Shown: one piece after another, positions 40,711-49,546 of the stretch
How positions within the stretch are numbered: the stretch's first letter is position 1
How the letters are laid out: each line of letters opens with the position of its first letter
Assembly: GCA_963743175.1 (NCBI GenBank)
Contig: CAVUOQ010000015.1
Location: 8,220-72,219 of the forward strand
Reading direction: 5' to 3'
DNA from: an uncultured delta proteobacterium
Lineage (GTDB): Bacteria; Desulfobacterota; Syntrophia; Syntrophales; Fen-1087
DNA: 64,000 bases
Translations under genes and position numbers: made by a program
Notes under the pieces: model-generated
What the model saw: only the letters and a program-made list of their open reading frames with translations
Database searches by the model: none
Told to the model about the DNA's origin: nothing

Positions 40711-41058
40711 ATGATTTCAAACACTCTTCTAAAGGCATTGCTCACATTTCGACGAGAGAGGGATTGGGAACAGTTTCACACTGTTCGCAATCTTAGCTCG
40801 GCTTTGTGTGTTGAATCTGCGGAGTTGCTTGACCTTTTTCGATGGGCTCGTGATTTTGAAATTTCAAACATTGTTGAGCAGCAACAAACTGAAATTGAGA
40901 GCGAAATAGCCGATGTGGCAATACTGCTAATTTATATGTGCCACGACCTCAACATTTCCATTGAGGATGCCGTCAGAAAGAAACTTGAATTAAATCGGGA
41001 AAAATACCCTATAGAACAATCAAAGGGGATTTCGACGAAACATAGCAGGCCTAGATAA
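40711..41058 (+). CDS. MazG-like nucleotide pyrophosphohydrolase (all-alpha NTP-PPase, DCTPP1/RS21-C6-like)
   Basis: FRRERDWEQFHTVRNLSSALCVESAELLDLFRW ... EIADVAILLIYMC ... KLELNREKYP pattern of the MazG-like family. It starts 13 nt after the HNH gene. Confidence 0.8.
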   Translation: MISNTLLKALLTFRRERDWEQFHTVRNLSSALCVESAELLDLFRWARDFEISNIVEQQQTEIESEIADVAILLIYMCHDLNISIEDAVRKKLELNREKYPIEQSKGISTKHSRPR

Positions 41059-41076
41059 GAAGATCCTCTGTGCTAA

Positions 41077-41640
41077 AAGAATCAGGGTTTTACAAATCTT
41101 AACGACTCCGATGTGGACGGCAATACAGAAGATCGACGGGGCATCGTTTCGGTATTCAACGGACCGAAACCCGCCATCATGACTTTCGAGACGAGGGAAG
41201 ATGAAGTTGTCGCAGTGGGCAAATGGCTTGCGGAGCGAATCGGCGAGGGCTTCATGCCCCACGAAATCGGCGTCTTCGTGCGCTCTCGGGATGAGATTGA
41301 AAGGGGCCTTGCGGCTGTCGAGAAGGCCGGGCTGCCCGTGAAGGTTCTCGACGAAAAGGTTGAGACGACGGGCGGGCATGTTTCTCTCAGCACGATGCAC
41401 CTCGCCAAAGGCCTTGAGTTCCGATCCGTAGCCGTCATGGCCTGCGACGACGAGGTCATCCCCTTGCAGAGCAGGATCGAAACGGCGGCCGACGACTCCG
41501 ACCTGGAAGAGGTTTATAACACAGAACGCCACCTCCTTTACGTCGCCTGCACCCGCGCCCGCGATCACCTGCTGGTAACCAGCGTCGATCCGGCATCGGA
41601 ATTCCTGGATGATCTGCGGATAAAAATACGAGGAACTTGA
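41077..41640 (+). pseudogene. C-terminal fragment of a UvrD-like SF1 helicase
   Basis: STMHLAKGLEFRSVAVMA and LLYVACTRARDHLLVT (motifs V/VI, UvrD_C) are present. No N-terminal ATPase half is present, and the frame opens only at 41077. Confidence 0.7.
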
Positions 41641-41928
41641 TTATCTTCTTATTGATTTCACTCACACATTTCCAAAAGAAAGGCGCTGAGTGAGCAAGTC
41701 ACCCGCAAGACTCGACTATAATAAACACTTCAAAGTGTGAAGGGCTTTGATTACACTTGCGTTTTTGTTTTGAAGATGGATATGTTGGAGTGGGGGCGAT
41801 GGCCGGATGAAAGGGAGGGCAATATCGTATGAGTGACGACAGGGAATACCGGAAATGACTGAAGACGTTCTATGCTGAGCTGAAGAAGATCAAAAAAGAA
41901 GTGACAAAAACCCTGAAGGCATGATCTG

Positions 41929-42141
41929 ATGAAGCGTTGTAAACTCTGCACCACCGGCAGTCTTTTCGCCTTCTGCCAGGGGTGTGGCATCCCCGTGTGT
42001 AAAAACTGCTGTCGCATGGAAATCGAAGGTTTTGGCTGTGTCTCTGCCTGGCCCGTTTATTATTGCCTGAATTGTGCCGCAAAGCGATCATCTCCTCCCC
42101 TTCATCCCCTCCCGCCAGGGGAGAGGAAAAGGGACTTTTAA
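41929..42141 (+). CDS. hypothetical Cys-rich small protein (zinc-ribbon-like); its C-terminal tail is encoded by a REP-like repeat
   Basis: Five CxxC pairs (CKLC, CQGC, CKNCC, CLNC). No homolog recognised. Confidence 0.3.
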   Translation: MKRCKLCTTGSLFAFCQGCGIPVCKNCCRMEIEGFGCVSAWPVYYCLNCAAKRSSPPLHPLPPGERKRDF

Positions 42142-42155
42142 CGAGTTCATGAAAT
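42091..42155. repeat. GC-rich hairpin (REP-like) repeat
   Basis: TCCCCTCCC-gcca-GGGGAGAGGA followed by the module GGGACTTTTAACGAGTTCATG. Confidence 0.7.
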
Positions 42156-42218
42156 TCGAATGACTTTTTCTCTGTTCCGATTCTTACCGCCGGTATGCTA
42201 TTTTCCCATCCAATTTAT

Positions 42219-42246
42219 TTGACAAACCCCCGAAACCTGTTATAGA
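42219..42246 (+). promoter_or_regulatory. sigma-70-type promoter upstream of hom
   Basis: TTGACA (42219-42224), 16-bp spacer, TATAGA (42241-42246). Confidence 0.5.
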
Positions 42247-42324
42247 AGCGGGCATTCTTTTGTCCGGCGCAAGATGTCCGGCCCGGGTAAAAGCAAACAA
42301 GCATTCATCGAGGAGAATCAGACC

Positions 42325-43638
42325 ATGAAAACGATCTCCCTGGGTCTAATCGGTTTCGGCACCATCGGCAGCGGCGTGGTGAAACTTTTACAGGACAGCG
42401 GGGCGCTGATTGAAAAACGCCTCGGGGCCAGGCTGGTTCTGAAAAAGATCGCCGATCTGGACATCAAGACCCCGCGCGTCGTGTCCGTGAAAAAAAACCT
42501 GCTGACCACGGACGCCCAGGCCGTCCTGAACGACCCGGATATCGGGATCGTGATCGAGTTGATGGGCGGCTACGAACCGGCGCGGTCGTTTATCCTCAAG
42601 GCCATGAAGAACGGGAAGCATGTCGTGACGGCCAACAAGGCGCTGCTGGCGACGTACGGGGATGAGATCTTCCGGGCCGCGGAGAAGGCAAGGGTGAATA
42701 TCGGGTTTGAGGCCAGCGTCGGCGGGACCATTCCGGTCATCAAGACCCTGAAGGAATCGCTGGTGGCCAACCGCATCAAATCCATCTTCGGGATCCTGAA
42801 CGGCACCTCCAATTATATCCTGTCCAAGATGACCGACGAAGGCAAGCCCTTCGACGAGGTACTGAAGGAGGCGCAGGCCCTCGGATTTGCGGAAGCCGAT
42901 CCCACCTTTGACATCGAAGGGGTGGATGCGGCCCATAAGCTGGCCATCACGCTGTCGCTGGCATACGGAAAGCGCGTGAAGTTCGACGATCTCTACCGCG
43001 AAGGCATTTCCCGGATCAGCCAGCAGGATATTGAATTTGCACGGGAACTGGGATACCGCATCAAGCTGCTGGCCATCGCCATCCGCCATGAGAACAACGT
43101 GGAGGCCCGGCTGCATCCCACGATGATCCCCTTCGACCATCTGCTGGCCAGCGTCGGCAGCAATTTCAATGCCTTTCACATTACGGGCGATGCCTCGGAT
43201 TCCGTGTTTCTTTACGGCCAGGGGGCGGGGATGATGCCCACGGCCAGCGCGGTGATGAGCGATATCGTGGATATATCGAGAGAAATGCTCAAGGGCGTTT
43301 CCGGCCTTGTTCCTGCCCGGTCGCTGCGGGAGGCTATTATTGAAGACATCAAACTCATGCCCTTCGATGAGATTGAAACCAATTATTATTTCCGCTTCTC
43401 TGCCGTAGATCAGCCGGGGGTCCTGTCGAAGATCTCGGGCATCCTGGGCAAGAACAACATCAGCATCGCCACGGTGATCCAGAAGGGCCGGAAGCAGGGC
43501 GGCGGCGCGGTCCCCGTGGTCATGACCACGCACCGGGCCAGGGAGCGGGACGTCCGCTGCGCTTTGGGCGAAATTGATCAGCTGGACATCGTGCAGGCAA
43601 AGACGGTGCTCATCCGGATCGAAGACCATACATTTTGA
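42325..43638 (+). CDS. hom: homoserine dehydrogenase
   Basis: GLIGFGTIGSG NAD-binding N-terminus, catalytic domain and C-terminal ACT domain (FSAVDQPGVLSKISGILG). GAGGAG lies upstream of ATG 42325. Confidence 0.93.
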   Translation: MKTISLGLIGFGTIGSGVVKLLQDSGALIEKRLGARLVLKKIADLDIKTPRVVSVKKNLLTTDAQAVLNDPDIGIVIELMGGYEPARSFILKAMKNGKHVVTANKALLATYGDEIFRAAEKARVNIGFEASVGGTIPVIKTLKESLVANRIKSIFGILNGTSNYILSKMTDEGKPFDEVLKEAQALGFAEADPTFDIEGVDAAHKLAITLSLAYGKRVKFDDLYREGISRISQQDIEFARELGYRIKLLAIAIRHENNVEARLHPTMIPFDHLLASVGSNFNAFHITGDASDSVFLYGQGAGMMPTASAVMSDIVDISREMLKGVSGLVPARSLREAIIEDIKLMPFDEIETNYYFRFSAVDQPGVLSKISGILGKNNISIATVIQKGRKQGGGAVPVVMTTHRARERDVRCALGEIDQLDIVQAKTVLIRIEDHTF

Positions 43639-43692
43639 CAAAGCCGTTCCATAATTTTATGGTTTATAAACTTATTGTTGTGCATTAACTTT

Positions 43693-44922
43693 ATGAAATA
43701 TATTATTTTACTCGGCGACGGCATGGCGGATTATCCCATTGAAAAACTGGGAGGCAAGACACCGCTTGCAGTCGCCCGCATCCCGAATATGGACCGCATC
43801 GCCGGAGAAGGAACCATCGGGCTTGTGGACACCATTCCGGCGGGCTTCAAACCCGGCAGCGACGTGGCCAACCTTTCCGTACTGGGCTATGATCCCGGGA
43901 TCTGCTATTCCGGCCGAGGCCCGCTCGAAGCGGCCAATATGGGCGTGCAGATCGGCCCCGATGATGTGGCATTCCGCTGCAATCTCGTGACGCTGGGACC
44001 GGAAGCCGACCCGGTCATGGTGGACTATTCCGCCGGCCACATCTCCTCCGGGGAGGCGGCCCGGATCGTCCTGGATATGGACAAAGCCATCGGCACGCCG
44101 GAATTCCGGTTTTATCCGGGCATCAGCTATCGTCATCTGCTGGTCTGGCGCAACGGCAAGGACGCCGTGGAGACGACGCCGCCCCATGACATCACGGGAA
44201 AGCCGACGGCCGCCTATCGGATCAAGGGGGATGGCGCCGACCGCCTCTCCGAGCTGATGCGGCTCTCGCAGGTCTTTTTGAAGGACCACCCGGTCAACCA
44301 GGCGCGGCAGGCCGAAGGCAAGAGGCCGGCCACATCCATCTGGCTCTGGGGGCAGGGAAGGGCGCCGAAGATGGTCCGGCTTACGGATCAGTACAAGCTT
44401 CGGGGCGGGGTGATCTCAGCCGTGGATCTTCTCAACGGCATCGGGGTTTATGCCGGCCTGGAAGTGATCCGCGTTCCCGGCGCCACGGGCTATATCGATA
44501 CCAACTATGTCGGGAAGGCGCAAGCCGCCCTGGAAGCCCTTAAGGATATGGATTTCATGTTTGTCCACGTGGAAGCGCCCGATGAGATGGGACATGCGGG
44601 AAACCTGGAGGGTAAAATCCAGGCCATTGAGGATTTTGATGAAAAAGTGGTGGGGACCGTTCTTAAGGGCTTGCCGGATTTTGATGATTACCGCGTTCTG
44701 GTGCTGAGCGATCATCCGACGCCGATCGCGATCAGGACCCATGCCTCCGATCCCAGCGCCTTCGCCGTTCTCTCCAGTGTCAAAGAGGAAAACCTGGGTC
44801 GCGGCGCGGCTTTCAGTGAAACAGACGCACGTGCCGGCGGGATCCTGGTCTCCCCCGGGTATCGCCTCATGAATCTGTTCATCCGGGACTGGAGAAGGTT
44901 TGTTGAAGAAAAACGTCAGTAA
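43693..44922 (+). CDS. cofactor-independent phosphoglycerate mutase-like protein (ApgM family; the subfamily next to hom has been proposed as a non-canonical homoserine kinase)
   Basis: MKYIILLGDGMADYP N-terminus and HVEAPDEMGH metal-binding motif. Located directly downstream of hom. Confidence 0.8.
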   Translation: MKYIILLGDGMADYPIEKLGGKTPLAVARIPNMDRIAGEGTIGLVDTIPAGFKPGSDVANLSVLGYDPGICYSGRGPLEAANMGVQIGPDDVAFRCNLVTLGPEADPVMVDYSAGHISSGEAARIVLDMDKAIGTPEFRFYPGISYRHLLVWRNGKDAVETTPPHDITGKPTAAYRIKGDGADRLSELMRLSQVFLKDHPVNQARQAEGKRPATSIWLWGQGRAPKMVRLTDQYKLRGGVISAVDLLNGIGVYAGLEVIRVPGATGYIDTNYVGKAQAALEALKDMDFMFVHVEAPDEMGHAGNLEGKIQAIEDFDEKVVGTVLKGLPDFDDYRVLVLSDHPTPIAIRTHASDPSAFAVLSSVKEENLGRGAAFSETDARAGGILVSPGYRLMNLFIRDWRRFVEEKRQ

Positions 44923-45310
44923 AATAAGGGTAATATACGCGGATACCGACGCCATGGGCATCGTCTATCATACGAATTACATCAAGTGGTTTGAAATCGG
45001 CAGGACCGAGCTGCTGAGGGACATGGGGATTTACTACGCGGTGTTCGAGTCGCGGGGATTTAACCTTCCACTGACAAAGGCATACTGCCACTATCTTCTG
45101 CCCGCGCGTTATGATCAAGTGCTGGTCATTGAAACCGAAATAGAATATGTCAAGCGGGCCAGCATGAAATTCAACTGTGTGATCTGGGATGAAAAGCAGG
45201 AAAACAGGCTTGTGGAGGGGTATACCGTCCATGCCTGTACAAACAGCGAGGGGAAAATCGTCCGGATCCCGGAGGATGTCGTGGATTTGATTCGTCGGTC
45301 TAATAAATAA
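44900..45310 (+). CDS. acyl-CoA thioesterase, YbgC/4HBT family
   Basis: VIYADTDAMGIVYHTNYIKWFE hot-dog-fold N-terminal motif. The start is uncertain (TTG 44900 or 44903). Confidence 0.8.
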   Translation: MLKKNVSKIRVIYADTDAMGIVYHTNYIKWFEIGRTELLRDMGIYYAVFESRGFNLPLTKAYCHYLLPARYDQVLVIETEIEYVKRASMKFNCVIWDEKQENRLVEGYTVHACTNSEGKIVRIPEDVVDLIRRSNK

Positions 45311-45327
45311 TTCTATCAGGAGTTCTA

Positions 45328-45984
45328 ATGGCGGAAAAATTAAGCAAACAGGAGTTGAAGGAACCGGATAAATTTCAGGTCATGCTTTCCGAGATGGTGC
45401 TTTACCTGACGGAAAACAGAAAGAAGTTCTATATTGCCGGTGCGGTTTTTATTGCGATCCTGGTATCCGCGGGCGCCTGGTATCTTTATGATCTGGACCT
45501 GGAGAAGAGCGCGCAGCAGCTCTATACCCGCGCGTACTATGCCGCTACAGACGAGGGCGCTACCGGAATTTACAAGAACGTCCTCGAAAAATATCCGCGC
45601 AGCCGGGTGGCAGTCCTTACCAACTACCGCTTGGCCGGCCTGTATTATCATCAGAAGGATTTCGACGCCGCCATCAGGCATTATGAGGCTTTTTTACAGA
45701 AAACATCGGATAAAAGCGATCTCAAAACAATAGCCTACATGGGGCTGGGCCACTGTTATGAAGCGAAGAAAGACTTCAAAAACGCCCTTGCCGCCTTTGA
45801 AAAAGCAGCGTCTTCGAAAACAGGCGACGTTTTTGCGGGCTTGAATGATCAGAATATCGCCCGGGTTTATGAAGCGATGAATGATCGGGCCAAAGCCCTG
45901 GAATATTATCAGAAAGCGCTCACGAAAATTGCGGACCCGCTTTCGGAGTTGCTGATTAAAAGAAAGATTGCAACCCTGAGTTGA
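45328..45984 (+). CDS. membrane-anchored TPR protein (YfgM-like)
   Basis: One TM helix (YIAGAVFIAILVSAGAWYLY) followed by TPR repeats. Confidence 0.65.
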   Translation: MAEKLSKQELKEPDKFQVMLSEMVLYLTENRKKFYIAGAVFIAILVSAGAWYLYDLDLEKSAQQLYTRAYYAATDEGATGIYKNVLEKYPRSRVAVLTNYRLAGLYYHQKDFDAAIRHYEAFLQKTSDKSDLKTIAYMGLGHCYEAKKDFKNALAAFEKAASSKTGDVFAGLNDQNIARVYEAMNDRAKALEYYQKALTKIADPLSELLIKRKIATLS

Positions 45985-46007
45985 AGGGGATGATGTAAGG
46001 AGAGGGT

Positions 46008-47813
46008 ATGTCGGTTCTAATGTCTGGAAATGAAGCAATTGCCCGGGGGGCTTATGAATGCGGCGTGCGTTTCGGGGCAGGCTATCCGGGAACGCCCAGT
46101 ACGGAAATTCTCGAGGAATTCGCTCAATACCCTGGCGTCTACGCCGAGTGGGCGCCTAATGAAAAGGTGGCCCTGGAGGTCGGCATCGGCGCGGCCGTCG
46201 CCGGCGCGAAGGTTCTGGTGACTATGAAGCATGTGGGCGTAAACGTCGCCGCGGATCCGCTCTTTACAGTCAGTTATACGGGAACCAGCGGGGCACTCGT
46301 GATCATTTCGGCGGACGATCCTTCCCTGCACAGCTCCCAGAATGAGCAGGACAACCGCAACTACGCAAAATTCGCAAAAATTCCGATGCTGGAGCCGGCC
46401 GACTCCCAGGAGGCAAAGGATTTCATCAAGCTGGCTTTCGAAATTAGTGAAAAATTCGATACCCCCGTCTTCGTCCGGCCGAACACACGCGTGGCCCACT
46501 CAAAATCGGTGGTGACCCTCAGCGAACCGGAAGCGCCGGAAGATAAAACGGACATTCGCATCAACGCGGCAAAATACGTCATGGTGCCGATCAATGCCCG
46601 GGCCCGGCGCGTGGAAGTGGAAAAACGAATGCAGCAATTGCGCGAATTTGCTGAAACATTTCCTGAAAACCACATGGAGATCAACAGTCCGGATGTCGGA
46701 ATCATCACGGCGGGCATTCCCTATCATTACGCAAAAGATGTTTTCCCGGATTATTCCTATCTGAAGCTTGGCATGGTGCATCCGCTGCCGACAAAGATGA
46801 TCCGGGCGTTCGCCGCACGCGTGAAGAAAATCTATTGCGTCGAAGAGCTGGACCCCTTTATTGAGGAACAGGTGCGGGCCATGGGGATCGACGTCACGGG
46901 CAAGGAGATTTTCCCATATACTCAGGAATTTGATCCCGGCGTTGTTGAAAGGGCCATAAAAGGCAGTATCGAGAGGCCGGTTGATCTCCCGGTCCTTGCG
47001 ATTCCCCCGCGGCCGCCCAATCTCTGCCCGGGATGCCCGCACCGTGGTCTCTTTTACGTGCTTGGCAAGCTGAAGGCCTTTGTCACAGGGGATATCGGCT
47101 GTTACACCCTGTCCTACATGAAACCGCTCGAAGGCCTTCATTCCTGCATCTGCATGGGGGCCAGCATCGGCATGGCCCACGGGATGAGCAAGGCCCTGAA
47201 GGAAAAAGGAAAAGGGAAGGTCGTCGGCGTCATCGGGGACTCCACTTTCATCCATTCGGGGATCACCCCGCTGTTGAACCTGGTCTACAATAAGGGCGAG
47301 GCGGTGATTGTGATTGCCGATAACCGCACGACGGCCATGACCGGGATGCAGGAGCACCCGGCCACGGGATTCACACTGCAGGGCGAACAGACCAAAGCAC
47401 TTGATTTTACGGTCCTGGCGGCCGCACTGGGGGTGGAAAACGTCCGCGTTATCGATCCGTACGATCTGAAAATGACGAGAAGCGTCATGAAGGAGGAGCT
47501 GGCAAGGCCCGGACCATCGGTTGTGATCTCCAACCGGCCCTGTGTTCTTTTCAAGCGCTTTCAGACCGAACCGGTGAAGCCGCTCAGGATCGATCCGAAA
47601 AAGTGCATCGGCTGCAAAATGTGCCTCGGGTTGGGTTGCCCGCCCATTTCCTGGAAGAAGTTCGCCGATATGCCGGAAGCTCAGATCATCAGGAATGCCA
47701 AGAAACAGGATGGCCATTCCTTTATTGATCAGAATCTCTGCAACGGCTGTACGGTCTGCCGGCAGCTCTGCAAAGTGGGCGCCATCGGGGAGGAGGGTCC
47801 AGTTGATGAATAA
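46008..47813 (+). CDS. iorA: indolepyruvate:ferredoxin oxidoreductase alpha subunit (second, full-length copy)
   Basis: MSGNEAIARGAYECGV N-terminus, TPP-binding GDIGCYTL / GDSTFIHS, and C-terminal Cys clusters CIGCKMCLGLGCP and CNGCTVCRQLC. Confidence 0.9.
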   Translation: MSVLMSGNEAIARGAYECGVRFGAGYPGTPSTEILEEFAQYPGVYAEWAPNEKVALEVGIGAAVAGAKVLVTMKHVGVNVAADPLFTVSYTGTSGALVIISADDPSLHSSQNEQDNRNYAKFAKIPMLEPADSQEAKDFIKLAFEISEKFDTPVFVRPNTRVAHSKSVVTLSEPEAPEDKTDIRINAAKYVMVPINARARRVEVEKRMQQLREFAETFPENHMEINSPDVGIITAGIPYHYAKDVFPDYSYLKLGMVHPLPTKMIRAFAARVKKIYCVEELDPFIEEQVRAMGIDVTGKEIFPYTQEFDPGVVERAIKGSIERPVDLPVLAIPPRPPNLCPGCPHRGLFYVLGKLKAFVTGDIGCYTLSYMKPLEGLHSCICMGASIGMAHGMSKALKEKGKGKVVGVIGDSTFIHSGITPLLNLVYNKGEAVIVIADNRTTAMTGMQEHPATGFTLQGEQTKALDFTVLAAALGVENVRVIDPYDLKMTRSVMKEELARPGPSVVISNRPCVLFKRFQTEPVKPLRIDPKKCIGCKMCLGLGCPPISWKKFADMPEAQIIRNAKKQDGHSFIDQNLCNGCTVCRQLCKVGAIGEEGPVDE

Positions 47814-48384
47814 TCCCGTGAAAAGTATCTTACTGGCCGGCGTCGGCGGCCAGGGCATTCTGCGGGCGAGCGACATTCTCTGCCTGGCATTCATGGCCAC
47901 GGGTCTGGATGTGAAGAAAAGCGAGGTGCATGGAATGGCTCAGCGGGGCGGCTGCGTGACGAGCCACGTCCGCTACGGGTCGAGGGTTTACTCCCCCATC
48001 GCCAAAAAAGGGGACGTGGATATCCTCCTTTCTTTTGAAAAGCTGGAAACCTTGCGTTATCTTGATTACCTGAAGGCGGATGCTGTCGTGATCATCAATG
48101 AAGAAGAAATCTACCCGCCGTCGGTGAATCTCGGCGAATCCATGTATCCGAATAATATTGTTGAGCATATATCTAAATATTTCAGAAGCGTCAACTGCGT
48201 CGACGCCCTCAGGATCGCGCGCAGGGCAGGGAACGTCAGGACGGTCAATACCGCGCTTCTGGGCGCCCTGTCCAACAATCTGAAGATTACGGACGACGTC
48301 TGGAACCGGGTCTTGCAGGAATCTTTCCCGGAAAAGGCGCTGAAGGCCAATCTGCAGGCCTTCAACCTCGGTAAATCGTCTTGA
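47806..48384 (+). CDS. iorB: indolepyruvate:ferredoxin oxidoreductase beta subunit (second copy)
   Basis: GVGGQGILRASDIL motif. ATG 47806 overlaps the iorA end. Confidence 0.88.
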   Translation: MNNPVKSILLAGVGGQGILRASDILCLAFMATGLDVKKSEVHGMAQRGGCVTSHVRYGSRVYSPIAKKGDVDILLSFEKLETLRYLDYLKADAVVIINEEEIYPPSVNLGESMYPNNIVEHISKYFRSVNCVDALRIARRAGNVRTVNTALLGALSNNLKITDDVWNRVLQESFPEKALKANLQAFNLGKSS

Positions 48385-48419
48385 AACCTGTTTTTAATGG
48401 TGAATAGGGAAGGGGGGTT

Positions 48420-49349
48420 ATGGCTGACGATTATTACAAAACCCTGGGGATTGATAAAAACGCCTCGGAAGACGATATCAAAAAGGCCTACCGAAAGCTG
48501 GCCATGAAATTTCATCCGGACCGGAATCCGGGGAACAAGCAGGCCGAAGAGAAATTCAAAAAACTCAGCGAGGCCTACGCCGTTTTGAGCGATCAGGAAA
48601 AGCGTAAGCAATACGACAGTTTCGGCTCCGACGCCTTCCGGCAGCGCTACAGCCAGGAAGACATCTTCAAAGACTTCGATTTAAATGATATTCTTAAGGA
48701 ATTTGGTTTTGGCGGCGGTGGTCGGACCCGGACCTTTACCTTCGGCCGTGGCAGCGGCGGTAGCGGCGGTGATCCCTTTGCCGATCTCTTCGGCGGCGGT
48801 CAGGGTTACTCCCGTCAGATGCCGCAAAAAGGGCAGGATTATGAATATAACATCTCAATAACACTGGAAGAATCTGTTTTCGGCGCTGAAAAGAAACTGT
48901 CGCTGCAAAAGGAAGACCGTATTGAAGAAATCAACATCAAAGTTCCCCCCGGGATCAGCAACGGAAAAAAACTGCGCCTGGCCGGGAAGGGATCACCCGG
49001 CTATAACCGGGGGTTGTCGGGCGATCTTTATCTGAACATCACCATCCTGCCACATCCGATCTTTGCCCGTGACGGCATCGATATTTACGTGGAAAAATCC
49101 GTGAATTATTCCCAGGCCGCACTGGGAACGACGATCGAAGTTCCCACCATCGAAGGTACAACCAAAAGAATAAAAATTCCCGCCGGTACGCAGAATTACA
49201 CCAAGATCAGAATGAAAGGTTATGGCGTGCCGAACTTGAAAGACGGCGGCAAGGGCGATCAGTACGTGAAAATTTCCGTCAACGTTCCGAAGAAGCTCAC
49301 GGATCGTCAGGCCCAGCTTATCAAAAAGCTGGCTGAGGAGGGTCTGTAA
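48420..49349 (+). CDS. DnaJ-family co-chaperone without a zinc finger (CbpA-like)
   Basis: J domain (DYYKTLGI ... HPDRNP), G/F-rich linker and C-terminal substrate-binding domains. No CxxCxGxG repeats. Confidence 0.85.
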   Translation: MADDYYKTLGIDKNASEDDIKKAYRKLAMKFHPDRNPGNKQAEEKFKKLSEAYAVLSDQEKRKQYDSFGSDAFRQRYSQEDIFKDFDLNDILKEFGFGGGGRTRTFTFGRGSGGSGGDPFADLFGGGQGYSRQMPQKGQDYEYNISITLEESVFGAEKKLSLQKEDRIEEINIKVPPGISNGKKLRLAGKGSPGYNRGLSGDLYLNITILPHPIFARDGIDIYVEKSVNYSQAALGTTIEVPTIEGTTKRIKIPAGTQNYTKIRMKGYGVPNLKDGGKGDQYVKISVNVPKKLTDRQAQLIKKLAEEGL

Positions 49350-49444
49350 CGGGCCATGCCGTCAAACATAATTGTCGCATAAGATATGTTATGTAAACTT
49401 ATTTGTATTTTTAAAGGCAAAACTCCACATTTAATATAATCATA

Positions 49445-49533
49445 GAGATATTTGCATAACCGCCAAAATCTAGTTGTCCTCTTAGCGGAAAAGATTTTTG
49501 AGACGCGGGCGTTTTCCATTTTACAAAGGTCTC
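49445..49533 (+). mobile_element. MITE-like element, truncated copy (left arm deleted)
   Basis: GAGATATTTGCATAACCGCC is joined directly to ...CTCTTAGCGGAAAAGATTTTTGAGACGCGGGCG..CCATTTTACAAAGGTCTC. Confidence 0.7.
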
Positions 49534-49546
49534 GCTTCTGATTGTT

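Noticed and set aside
41760-41930. Short ORFs (MDMLEWGRWPDEREGNIV, MSDDREYRK, ...KTFYAELKKIKKEVTKTLKA) upstream of the Cys-rich ORF, as a possible broken antitoxin
   Set aside because: Each is under 30 codons, they lie in different frames, and none has a recognisable motif. There is not enough evidence to call a gene or pseudogene.
42388-43641. 417-aa minus-strand ORF opposite hom. Similar long antisense ORFs occur at 13616-14770, 24829-25962, 46500-47900, 50454-51752, 54167-55135 and 7789-8643.
   Set aside because: Each lies exactly opposite a gene with unmistakable family motifs (hom, aspS, CoA ligase, iorA, dnaE, guaB, rmuC) and has no motifs of its own. These are shadow ORFs.
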